IMG/VR virus record: IMGVR_UViG_3300035150_000079
Location: 1 to 52,649 of that record
Length of the DNA stretch: 52,649 bases
From: a virus
Lineage: Duplodnaviria; Caudoviricetes
Strand: one strand, 5' to 3'
In this document: positions 1 to 7,983 of the stretch, piece by piece
Layout: each line of letters begins with the position of its first letter
How positions within the stretch are numbered: position 1 is the first letter of the stretch
Notes under the pieces: generated by a model
Told to the model about the DNA's origin: nothing
The model's input: only the letters and a program-made list of their open reading frames with translations
The model's database searches: none
Translations under genes and position numbers: made by a program

Positions 1-75
1 TGTAATTGGGATATAGGCGGTTGGAAAGACCCGAGAACGCCTGAAAAATATAGCGAGAATGAAGATGAAGAATGA
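1..75 (+). CDS. 3' end of an upstream gene (partial)
   Basis: Frame 1 is open from base 1 (CNWDIGGWKDPRTPEKYSENEDEE) to TGA at 73-75 and overlaps the next start. Confidence 0.4.
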   Translation, partial: CNWDIGGWKDPRTPEKYSENEDEE

Positions 76-304
76 ATTTGGAAAACATTTGAATGCTATT
101 CGTACGGACAGAAATATCAGTTTTGATGATTTGGCTCGTAAGACCGGAATAGCTTCTTGGGTATTGTGGTCCTACGAAGAGGGGAAAGAAATACCCAAGA
201 AACCCCTTGTTCATTCGATATCAAGAGCGTTGAATTGTAACGCCAAAGATCTTCTACGCTCCCGGTTATATTCATTAGCAGAAAAACGAAAGTATAAAAA
301 ATAA
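59..304 (+). CDS. XRE/Cro-C1-type helix-turn-helix transcriptional regulator
   Basis: FGKHLNAIRTDRNISFDDLARKTGIASWVLWSYEEGKEIP...ISRALNC follows the HTH_3 pattern. Confidence 0.85.
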   Translation: MKMKNEFGKHLNAIRTDRNISFDDLARKTGIASWVLWSYEEGKEIPKKPLVHSISRALNCNAKDLLRSRLYSLAEKRKYKK

Positions 305-319
305 TAGACCCCTGGGTAC

Positions 320-488
320 AACGATTTAAGTATCGTTAAAGGAGGTGATTGTTATGCTTATCGCCGGTAATAGGCGATAGAGGCGATTATTTCGAAAAGT
401 TATTTGTATTAATGGTGGTACAAGTAAATTAAAATGGATCAAGAGATAGATGTTTGGTTTTTGGCTCGACTTCGAAATAATCGTTTTT
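320..488 (+). ncRNA. Candidate structured RNA or attenuator-like leader containing an 8-codon ORF
   Basis: Stems at 320-325/332-337, 359-365/373-379, 384-396/471-483 (13 bp perfect, followed by T5) and 401-411/416-426 (with GU pairs). SD AAAGGAGGTGAT at 338-349; ORF 354-380 encodes MLIAGNRR. Confidence 0.5.
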
Positions 489-520
489 ATAATTATCCTT
501 TTGTTGGAAGGTTGATATAA

Positions 521-1036
521 ATGGGAAATAAGTTTGATATTGGTGTAACTGAAAATTGTAATACATCGCATTTTCGTCTACCCCGTAATACGAATAGACC
601 TACATTCGAACATGTTTATATGAGTTTAGCCAAAATTTTATCACTACGTTCTACTTGTTCCAGAAGAAAAGTGGGGTGTGTAATAACCTCTCACGATTAT
701 AAGAGGGTATTTTCTGTTGGTTATAATGGAAACGCTAGTGGACTTCCTAATGGGTGCGATGAACCAAATAAATCGGGAGAATGCGGTTGTTTACACGCAG
801 AGGAGAATGCTATAATATCTTGTAGCGAACCGCCGTATGTTCCGAAAATAATATTTACAACTGTATATCCGTGTAAAATGTGCGCTAAAAGAATGATACA
901 ATTAGGCGGAGTGGTGCATGTATTTTATTTAGATGATTATCGCAACAGAGATGCTAAATTGTTGTTTGACGAATCGGACATAGTGATAAGCCCCGTAAAT
1001 ATAGACGGTTTATTGAGTTATGAGAAAACGTCCTAG
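521..1036 (+). CDS. dCMP deaminase (ComEB/CMP-dCMP deaminase family)
   Basis: RSTCSRRKVGCVI, GYNG, HAEENAI and PCKMCAK zinc/catalytic motifs. Confidence 0.92.
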   Translation: MGNKFDIGVTENCNTSHFRLPRNTNRPTFEHVYMSLAKILSLRSTCSRRKVGCVITSHDYKRVFSVGYNGNASGLPNGCDEPNKSGECGCLHAEENAIISCSEPPYVPKIIFTTVYPCKMCAKRMIQLGGVVHVFYLDDYRNRDAKLLFDESDIVISPVNIDGLLSYEKTS

Positions 1037-1247
1037 AATCCCGCTAGGGGGAGAAATAATTAATCCATATACATTAGAAAGAGATTCAGGAAATTATTTA
1101 ATAATGTCTTGTGGTGGTTCTGATGAACAATTCGGAAGCGTGCTTTCGGATGAAAGCAAAAATATTCCCCTTAGAAAATGGATAAATACACAACAATTAG
1201 GATTAGGGAAGATGTTGAGAAAGGTTGGAAGCGATGAAGCTTACTAA
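1020..1247 (+). CDS. Hypothetical protein
   Basis: 75-aa ORF overlapping both neighbours, consistent with operon packing. Confidence 0.6.
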   Translation: MRKRPRIPLGGEIINPYTLERDSGNYLIMSCGGSDEQFGSVLSDESKNIPLRKWINTQQLGLGKMLRKVGSDEAY

Positions 1248-1911
1248 AGAACAGATGAAAGAAGCTGTGATGAGAATATACGGCATGCTATGCGATGGGG
1301 ACGACGAAGCCGATATATTAGATGAGATGGGAATTAGCGCCGAACAATATGAAAATATGAAAGATAAATTGTTCGAAACGAAAGCCCAAGAATTTAGAAC
1401 AAAGCCAATAGAATATACTTACGTGCAATACATAATAGACCAAACTCACAATCTAAGTGTATTGGATGATTTCATAAAATCGAATAAAAACGAAAAAGGG
1501 AGAAGTGCGCAAAGTATTGTTGGAGCTATTCGTGCTAGAAGCGAAATAATGGATAAAATAATAGCTAGAGGCCAAGAATTCGGAATTATAAAAAAAGTAG
1601 CAAATCGCAGCGAAGTTGTTGCGGGCGTGTTAATTGCCGAATTATCCAACACACAGCTAAAAAAAGAAATCACCACTTCTTTGGATTCGCTGAATCTTTT
1701 GTTAAAAAAATACGGGGATAAGGATATAATAGATGTTAGTCCTGGAACTATTCGTTCAGGAAAAGAATTGCCTGAGGCTGTTTTGCAAACGGAAGAAGAA
1801 AACAAAGGCGACGGAATAGCGGTTAGAAGCATTAAAAAGAGTTCTAAAAAGAATTCTAAAAGGAGGGATAAGGCGCGTTTGAATCGGCGTGTCGTAAGAA
1901 AGAAGGAGTAA
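1234..1911 (+). CDS. Hypothetical protein, possible terminase small subunit
   Basis: N-terminal HTH-like segment (DEADILDEMGISAEQY), helical core and Lys/Arg-rich tail. No other small-terminase candidate lies near the large terminase. Function is inferred. Confidence 0.4.
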   Translation: MKLTKEQMKEAVMRIYGMLCDGDDEADILDEMGISAEQYENMKDKLFETKAQEFRTKPIEYTYVQYIIDQTHNLSVLDDFIKSNKNEKGRSAQSIVGAIRARSEIMDKIIARGQEFGIIKKVANRSEVVAGVLIAELSNTQLKKEITTSLDSLNLLLKKYGDKDIIDVSPGTIRSGKELPEAVLQTEEENKGDGIAVRSIKKSSKKNSKRRDKARLNRRVVRKKE

Positions 1912-1912
1912 A

Positions 1913-2188
1913 ATGAACGCATTAGCAAAAAAAATAGATTGTTACCACGATTGGACGGAGATATGCCACGTTTATCACCGTCGTACCAATCAAGAAGGCG
2001 TTGCGTTGCGGTGTAAAAAGTGCTCTCAACTAGGCTTCCAGAAGCTTAGCTATCTCAATCCTGTATCGGATATACAAAGACGCCACAAACATCAGGGAGA
2101 AATCATTCTCGTCAGCGGTATGGATGTTTGTCAAACGGAATACGGAATAGACGGCCGACCTACTTATATTTGGGATACACACCTATAA
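1913..2188 (+). CDS. Hypothetical protein with possible Zn-binding motif
   Basis: SD AAGGAG upstream; CYH...CKKC motif. Confidence 0.65.
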   Translation: MNALAKKIDCYHDWTEICHVYHRRTNQEGVALRCKKCSQLGFQKLSYLNPVSDIQRRHKHQGEIILVSGMDVCQTEYGIDGRPTYIWDTHL

Positions 2189-2242
2189 TCTTAATATTTT
2201 AAGATATTTACAAAAAAAATTGTAGTTATTGTATTTTTTTAC

Positions 2243-2271
2243 TTTACTTTCATTATACAACTTCTTATACT
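2243..2271 (+). promoter_or_regulatory. Sigma70-type early promoter
   Basis: TTTACT (2243-2248), 17-nt spacer, TATACT (2266-2271). AT-rich UP-like tract upstream; hairpin cgggat/atcccg (2286-2303) and SD AAGGAG downstream. Confidence 0.65.
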
Positions 2272-2321
2272 CTATATATAGGTTACGGGATAAGGAAATC
2301 CCGAAAAATGAAGGAGAAAAA

Positions 2322-2525
2322 ATGAGAGGGTACGGTCTTCCAAGGTGTGATGATGTAGAAAATCCCGATGTTGTTGACATCAGGACGTATGGTTTGAAAA
2401 CATCAACAGGCGGAAGGCGTTATCAAAAACCTTTCGCCAAGAAAAGTTCCAGGAGGATATGGAAACGGAAAGAACGAGCCGTTGTAAAAAAATATTGTAA
2501 AGAAGCTTTCAAAGAAGAGTATTGA
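2322..2525 (+). CDS. Small basic early protein
   Basis: ATG 2322 follows AAGGAG; MRGYGLPRCDD...KKSSRRIWKRKER. Confidence 0.75.
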   Translation: MRGYGLPRCDDVENPDVVDIRTYGLKTSTGGRRYQKPFAKKSSRRIWKRKERAVVKKYCKEAFKEEY

Positions 2526-2800
2526 TTAAGGAGATAAAAATGTTAAATTTGAATCAAATCAGACCTCTGGACGAAAATGACAAAGTAGAAATCGTTGACG
2601 ATGCATGTCATATCTATATTCACCCTAAATTTAATAAATCTAAGTCTAGCGCAACAGCGCAGTTGAAAATCACAGCGAATGGTGAAGTGCTTTTGCTATC
2701 AACTATAGGTTTACCAACACGTAATTGGGAAGTACACGCGAAATGTTTCAATCGAGCGTTAGCTTATTCCGATATGGCGCGTTTTTTAAATTTTGAATAG
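2522..2800 (+). CDS. Hypothetical early protein (start may be the ATG at 2540)
   Basis: Open ORF; AAGGAG precedes the internal ATG (MLNLNQIRP). Confidence 0.65.
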   Translation: MIKEIKMLNLNQIRPLDENDKVEIVDDACHIYIHPKFNKSKSSATAQLKITANGEVLLLSTIGLPTRNWEVHAKCFNRALAYSDMARFLNFE

Positions 2801-2855
2801 TAGAGGTCGATTAATATTTGACCGAAATGATTTACGACCAGAAAAGGAGAATAAA

Positions 2856-3305
2856 ATGGGAAATCTTATAAATCAGATATTATGGGGAAGGGAACAAAGA
2901 AACCCGACGACGGCCGAAAAAGCCGTCATAGATAGCGTCCTGAGCAATCCTGTCGCATGGCAACGAGCTCTAAGCCAGGATCTATTTCTGAATCCCCTTC
3001 GTAAATACATATTAACTGTCGGGACGGATGATCCCGTCGTATTCACGGAATACGATTTCTTAATAACCCAATTACGTGCTCACAAACTAACAGCCGAATC
3101 ATTTTCGTATCATATCCTAGCTTGGATTACGGGCGACCCCTTGGATCCTCTTTATCACGTTGGGTCCGAGGGTTGGCGCTCTGCGTTTCGTGCGGCTGTA
3201 TTATTGGTCGCATACCGCGAAGAAAGTTGGAGAAGAGAGCGCCCCCAAGAGGGATTGGGGGTTTGTCAGATGTTACTTAGAGCTTCAACCCCGGGAAAGG
3301 AGTAG
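2856..3305 (+). CDS. Hypothetical early protein
   Basis: AAAGGAG SD before ATG 2856 (MGNLINQILW). Confidence 0.7.
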   Translation: MGNLINQILWGREQRNPTTAEKAVIDSVLSNPVAWQRALSQDLFLNPLRKYILTVGTDDPVVFTEYDFLITQLRAHKLTAESFSYHILAWITGDPLDPLYHVGSEGWRSAFRAAVLLVAYREESWRRERPQEGLGVCQMLLRASTPGKE

Positions 3306-3589
3306 GAAGATGAAGATGGAGATCAGAACAGGGACCAAAGCAACGGCTGGGTTTATCATTAAAGTTGAAAATCAGAACATGTTTCGCCCCGATCCAAACG
3401 GGAACGTACTTAGGTTTACAGATACCTCTTGGAATAACCGGGGCGTCAGCGGATATTCTCCAGCAACAGGGGCGAAATTGATAACACGAGGGACGCCCGA
3501 AAGTTTAGCTACATGGGAAGTATCGTGCTTCCCGCTAGATATCGATGCTATGGCGGCCCGATTGGCTGGGAAAGGAGCAGGAAGATGAA
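3293..3589 (+). repeat. 22-bp direct repeat GGGAAAGGAG(T/C)AGGAAGATGAA at 3293-3314 and 3568-3589
   Basis: Two copies with one mismatch; each contains the SD and ATG of a gene. Confidence 0.8.
3310..3588 (+). CDS. Hypothetical early protein
   Basis: AAAGGAG SD before ATG 3310 (MKMEIRTGTK); ATGA overlap with the next gene. Confidence 0.7.
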   Translation: MKMEIRTGTKATAGFIIKVENQNMFRPDPNGNVLRFTDTSWNNRGVSGYSPATGAKLITRGTPESLATWEVSCFPLDIDAMAARLAGKGAGR

Positions 3590-4070
3590 AACTTACAAAA
3601 CAATGCCGTCCCAAACGGAAGAGGATTGGATTAAAGGTCTTTTGTTGTTTGGTTCGGATTATGCGCATACGTATTTAGACGTGTATGTGCATAGAAAAGA
3701 CCGGCTTGATTTTTTCGTTAGTTGGAATGCCATTGATGATGACGAAAAAATCAAGTTGATCGAAGAAAAAATGCCTCCTCCGACTGATGGCGGATGGCAG
3801 AATAAACCATATTTTATAGCTGCCCCTGATATTATGGCGGTGAAAACTGATGCGCTGGGGCGAGTCTGGCGGGCACACGAAGCTTACGAGAGTCGATCTC
3901 GTAATACGACGTTAATTAGGTATTGGGGTGTCAGTAGCGATATATATGGTTATGAGTATGTCGAGCTCATAGTCGGTGAGAAATCATCATTCATAGATTT
4001 ACCAATATGCAAAGAATGGTCCGATGGCAATATATCCTTTGAGGATATTGTGAAATTTTTGAATGAATAA
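3585..4070 (+). CDS. Hypothetical early protein
   Basis: AAAGGAG SD before ATG 3585 (MKTYKTMPS). Confidence 0.7.
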   Translation: MKTYKTMPSQTEEDWIKGLLLFGSDYAHTYLDVYVHRKDRLDFFVSWNAIDDDEKIKLIEEKMPPPTDGGWQNKPYFIAAPDIMAVKTDALGRVWRAHEAYESRSRNTTLIRYWGVSSDIYGYEYVELIVGEKSSFIDLPICKEWSDGNISFEDIVKFLNE

Positions 4071-4141
4071 ACGCCAATCGCCCTGCCCGTCAGCCATAGC
4101 AGGCGGGAGGAAAGCCGATTCGGCCAAAAAAGGAGTAGAAA

Positions 4142-4510
4142 ATGCATTATTGTGTCAATAGATACGGGTGTCCCGTTCACCATCACGGGAGAGATGACCG
4201 GCGATGCTCGTGTCGACCCTATTGGGTCGACGAACCAGGCTGTCGAGAGTTGCTCGATGGCGTTGAGTCCTCTAAAGCATGGAGGGAGGACCACGATCCA
4301 GTTGAGTGCGCGATTCATGGGGGCGATTGCGTGGGAGTCGCCTCGTCTATAGCCGACCATGAGGCGACTGAATTGTGTTTTTGGCGGGGAGCAGTCAGAG
4401 ACGCAAAGAAATACGGATGGATTGGAAAGGACACTCCTTATTGGAAGTCTGAATGGGAAACGGAGAATAAATATTGTCGCGCCGTGCTTGAGGAACTGGT
4501 GGCACGGTAA
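4142..4510 (+). CDS. Cys/His-rich hypothetical protein
   Basis: AAAGGAG SD; multiple Cys/His clusters (CPVHHH, CSC, CAIH). Confidence 0.65.
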   Translation: MHYCVNRYGCPVHHHGRDDRRCSCRPYWVDEPGCRELLDGVESSKAWREDHDPVECAIHGGDCVGVASSIADHEATELCFWRGAVRDAKKYGWIGKDTPYWKSEWETENKYCRAVLEELVAR

Positions 4511-4551
4511 TTGGCAGCTAATTTTTGTTGCGTAAAAAAAGGAGAAAGAAA

Positions 4552-4959
4552 ATGAAGAAAATACAATACGGTTTTTCAGCTCGCTATGTCGATATAGACA
4601 TAGCTCGAATTCTAGAAGAAAATCCTAACTCGGATTTTATCCGAGTAGAATGGAAACGGAAAACACGTATCGAGGGTAATAGACGCTTCCCAAGAAATTC
4701 GGCAGTATATCTAATAACCGAAAAAGGCATGAATCGATTAAGATCAGTTCGTATGGGTATAGGTTACGACATTCATATCAAGCACAACAAACGTCTATCG
4801 ATAGATTCAGACGGCAGTCTTACCACGTTCAACATCAGTAATACTGATTCCAATTTCCATTTCTTGGAAATAGAGAAAGAAGAATTCGAGAAACTCTATT
4901 CCAAGTTAAGAGAACGGGAAGAGAGGAAATGGCCGGTTACTGTTACCGCAATCTACTGA
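4552..4959 (+). CDS. Hypothetical early protein
   Basis: AAAGGAG SD before ATG 4552 (MKKIQYGFS). Confidence 0.7.
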   Translation: MKKIQYGFSARYVDIDIARILEENPNSDFIRVEWKRKTRIEGNRRFPRNSAVYLITEKGMNRLRSVRMGIGYDIHIKHNKRLSIDSDGSLTTFNISNTDSNFHFLEIEKEEFEKLYSKLREREERKWPVTVTAIY

Positions 4960-5034
4960 CAGGGAGGGAATGGAGAGAAGAAAATTTTGATGGAGTCAAT
5001 AACATCGCTGTATGGCTCCGATAAGGAGGAATAA

Positions 5035-5292
5035 ATGCGGATTGATCGGGTAAATACAGAACAAGGCAAGACCGAAGATGGTCGCACATTCGGATATTGC
5101 GGTATAAGCGGACGGGGCGGACAGTTTTTCGTCTGGATGGATACGCTCCAGGAAACCCTCGATGCTATCGAGGACGACGATGTTGATCCTCCGGTCAACT
5201 GGCCGGAACGGGCCTACCAAAATGTGCGTGGCATAATACGTCGCGCATGGTCCGAAACGAAAGGAAGAGTAAATGACGCGACGACAAATTAA
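5035..5292 (+). CDS. Hypothetical early protein
   Basis: AAGGAGG SD before ATG 5035. Confidence 0.7.
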   Translation: MRIDRVNTEQGKTEDGRTFGYCGISGRGGQFFVWMDTLQETLDAIEDDDVDPPVNWPERAYQNVRGIIRRAWSETKGRVNDATTN

Positions 5293-5554
5293 CAAAATTA
5301 TCAAAAGTTGGTACAATTCAACCCGCAACACAAATATCCAAGTTATCGTCTATAATGATAACGGGAAAGTGAAAACTATTTTTGAATTCGGCCGCAACAT
5401 GTTTATAGCCGATGGACGACAATCGGCATATTTAAAACAATTATTGCTCCAAATAACCGGAACTTTCGATATCACCGAAGTTCCGGCGGAATTTTCACGA
5501 GATACTTTTAATCCAAGTATAAAAATTTACGGCGAAAAACTGGAAGGGAAATAA
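5273..5554 (+). CDS. Hypothetical early protein
   Basis: 93-aa ORF overlapping the previous gene. Confidence 0.6.
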   Translation: MTRRQINKIIKSWYNSTRNTNIQVIVYNDNGKVKTIFEFGRNMFIADGRQSAYLKQLLLQITGTFDITEVPAEFSRDTFNPSIKIYGEKLEGK

Positions 5555-5556
5555 AA

Positions 5557-5907
5557 TTGGAAAGCAAAGATCTCAATCTGTTAGTTATTGATGACGAACC
5601 GTCAATAAGAACGATGTTGAAAAGGTTGTTGAAAAATCATTTTAAATCTGTAAAAGTTGTAGAATCTTCCACGACAGGCATACGTGAAGCGCAAAAGGGC
5701 GAATTTGACATAATATTAACGGATTGGGAATGTCCGGAACCCGACGGAGCAATCAAAGTAATGGATAGCGTAAATATTCCGGTTGTTATAATGACCGGGA
5801 ATATCGCTCGTAAACATCCTACCAATAAGGTAATTTATAAACCATTTGATATTGAGTACGTTGTAAGTTCTCTTGTTGAGGCTTACAACAACACCAACAA
5901 TAAATAG
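5557..5907 (+). CDS. Stand-alone response-regulator receiver (CheY-like) protein
   Basis: LLVIDDEPSIR (acidic pocket), FDIILTDWECP (phospho-acceptor Asp), IPVVIMTG (switch Thr), YKPFD (conserved Lys). No output domain. Confidence 0.88.
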   Translation: MESKDLNLLVIDDEPSIRTMLKRLLKNHFKSVKVVESSTTGIREAQKGEFDIILTDWECPEPDGAIKVMDSVNIPVVIMTGNIARKHPTNKVIYKPFDIEYVVSSLVEAYNNTNNK

Positions 5908-5928
5908 GCTAAATAAAGGAGAACGGAA

Positions 5929-6222
5929 ATGTCATTTATACACAGGAGAAGAAGAAGAGATTCGAAGAAAAGGTATGATGTGTTGGCAGATATTATAAAC
6001 AACTTGGAAGGATATTCTAGGTTGCAAAAAATTGAAGCTCTTGTGTCGGTAGGAATACCAATAAGTCGAAAATGCGATAAAAATCGCGTTGATAAGAAGG
6101 TGAAAGATTCGTATGAAAAAGCGACTCAAGAATATTTGAGTATTTACGAAGAACGGATTGAAGCAAATCGTAAAAGAAGAATACGTAAACAACGTAATCT
6201 TCAAAATATACAAGGAAGATAA
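5929..6222 (+). CDS. Basic hypothetical protein
   Basis: AAGGAG SD; Arg/Lys-rich termini. Confidence 0.65.
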   Translation: MSFIHRRRRRDSKKRYDVLADIINNLEGYSRLQKIEALVSVGIPISRKCDKNRVDKKVKDSYEKATQEYLSIYEERIEANRKRRIRKQRNLQNIQGR

Positions 6223-6223
6223 A

Positions 6224-7132
6224 ATGTTTAACAGACCGATGAAGGCAGCAGAGTTGAAAAACATCGAAGAATTAAGGTTCCCAGTTATAGCAACACCTAA
6301 AGTTGATGGAATACGATGTTTAAAACCGGATAACAGAGTGTTAGCAGCTTCGTTTAAACCAATACCTAATGATTATATACGTAATATCTTAGAAAGATAT
6401 CTTCCTAAAGGGGCCGATGGGGAAATATGTACTTCTTCTGAATTTAGCCAGGTTTCATCGGATGTAATGTCTAAGGGCGGTAAACCGGATTTTATTTTCT
6501 GGATGTTTGATTACGTAAAATACGGCGAATTAAGCATTCCCTATTCGACACGATTGTCGAATATGTTAGAATGGTTTTACATGAAAGGAAATCAACACAT
6601 CAACCGACATATAAAAGCTTTGCCTTTCAAATTTATAAGTTGTGTTGATGAATTAAGGGATTACGAAAAAGGCGTGTTGGCACAAGGTTACGAAGGGGTT
6701 GTTGTAAGAGATCCTGAAGGGCCTTACAAATGCGGTTATTCCACTTGGAAAGAACAATGGATGGTCAAGTGGAAAAGATTTGTTGATTCCGAAGCCGTAA
6801 TACTTGGTTTTCAAGAACAACTTAGTAATCAAAACAAACTTGAGAAAAATGAGTTAGGAATGGCCAAACGTTCCGGTAAAAAATCGGGTAAGGTTCCTAC
6901 CGGGAGATTAGGGAAATTTTTAGCCAGAGATATTCATAACGGATTGGAATTTAAGTGCGGCACGGGAAAAGGACTTACCCTTAAATTAAGGGAAGAGATC
7001 TGGAATAATCAACCCGAATATATCGGGAAGATATTTAAATATAAGTACCAACCCCATGGAGTTAAAAAACTCCCAAGAATACCAATATGGTTGGGATTTA
7101 GAGATCCAATAGATATCACTAGCAAGGAGTGA
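6224..7132 (+). CDS. ATP-dependent DNA ligase (minimal NTase + OB form)
   Basis: Motif I PKVDGIR, DGEI, FDYV, YEGVVVRDP, VKWKRF.D.EA, CGTG and PRIP..LGFR. Confidence 0.93.
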   Translation: MFNRPMKAAELKNIEELRFPVIATPKVDGIRCLKPDNRVLAASFKPIPNDYIRNILERYLPKGADGEICTSSEFSQVSSDVMSKGGKPDFIFWMFDYVKYGELSIPYSTRLSNMLEWFYMKGNQHINRHIKALPFKFISCVDELRDYEKGVLAQGYEGVVVRDPEGPYKCGYSTWKEQWMVKWKRFVDSEAVILGFQEQLSNQNKLEKNELGMAKRSGKKSGKVPTGRLGKFLARDIHNGLEFKCGTGKGLTLKLREEIWNNQPEYIGKIFKYKYQPHGVKKLPRIPIWLGFRDPIDITSKE

Positions 7133-7135
7133 ATA

Positions 7136-7351
7136 ATGAAAGACTATGTACCGGGAACTGAAATACCAAAGCCATCGGTTAAATTAACGGGAAGCGACGG
7201 AAATGCTTATTCAATAATGGGCAAGGTTGGAAGGGCTTTACAAAAGGCGGGCGCGCCTGCGGATGTGTTAGATGAATATTACAACGAATCCACTAAGGGA
7301 GATTACGATAATTTGTTACGCGTTGCCATTAAATATGTAAAGGTAATATGA
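7136..7351 (+). CDS. Conserved phage hypothetical protein (DGNA[FY] type)
   Basis: KLTGSDGNAYSIMGKV...GDYDNLL resembles a widespread small phage protein family; AAGGAG SD. Confidence 0.7.
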   Translation: MKDYVPGTEIPKPSVKLTGSDGNAYSIMGKVGRALQKAGAPADVLDEYYNESTKGDYDNLLRVAIKYVKVI

Positions 7352-7567
7352 ATGAAGCGTTCAATAATTTGTCCTGCTTGTAAGAATAGTATGACGCCCT
7401 TGAATATTCTTAAACCAGAGTCTTTAGATTCGGCCTATTGGTGTCGGTTTTGCGGTACTTTCAAGTGTATAAAAGACGAAACGTGTATGATAACTGAAAC
7501 CGGAAAATATTGGAAGAAAATATTAGAAGATTGCGAGTTAATGGGCGATGACGACGATAAAATATAA
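7352..7567 (+). CDS. Zinc-ribbon hypothetical protein
   Basis: CPAC...CRFCG. Confidence 0.6.
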   Translation: MKRSIICPACKNSMTPLNILKPESLDSAYWCRFCGTFKCIKDETCMITETGKYWKKILEDCELMGDDDDKI

Positions 7568-7790
7568 AGACGAAGAAATATATGAATACGAAATAGGTCC
7601 CGACAAGGGAGAAGAAGGGAGGTGCGAACACAACGAGTGTGTATCGTTACACCAGAGCATATCGATAGGCGGGTTTAATATAGGAAGATGTAAAAACAAA
7701 GCCTTGCCCGGTTGTCGTTTTTGCCATATACACATTTCGAGAGGAACCGTACCTATGTTGGTGGATATGTTGTTGAGAAGAACAAGATAA
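7548..7790 (+). CDS. Cys/His-rich hypothetical protein
   Basis: RCEHNEC...RCKNKA...CRFCHIH. Confidence 0.6.
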   Translation: MTTIKYKDEEIYEYEIGPDKGEEGRCEHNECVSLHQSISIGGFNIGRCKNKALPGCRFCHIHISRGTVPMLVDMLLRRTR

Positions 7791-7921
7791 TTAATTCGTT
7801 TTAATTGTTTGGATCAAAATTCAATTAACGTCCTGCCTATATTCCATTCTTGTAAAAACAAAGTGATTGATAAAAATTAGCCGAAAATACGGATTGCTAT
7901 TATCCTTTAATACGAATATGG

Positions 7922-7952
7922 TTTAGCATTCGCGAAAATAACGAATGCTAAA
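7922..7952 (+). promoter_or_regulatory. 11-bp perfect inverted repeat upstream of the late/structural operon
   Basis: tttagcattcg (7922-7932) pairs with cgaatgctaaa (7942-7952); no clear U-tract follows. Confidence 0.6.
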
Positions 7953-7983
7953 GATTGTTAACATTTAAGCATGGAGGTATAAA

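Noticed and set aside
354-514. Read-through of the 8-codon ORF into a longer peptide
   Set aside because: It would need suppression of two TAG codons, and the product is unremarkable.
4152-4352. Alternative + frame ORF (66 aa) inside 4142-4510
   Set aside because: The SD is positioned for ATG 4142; the locally high GC explains extra open frames.
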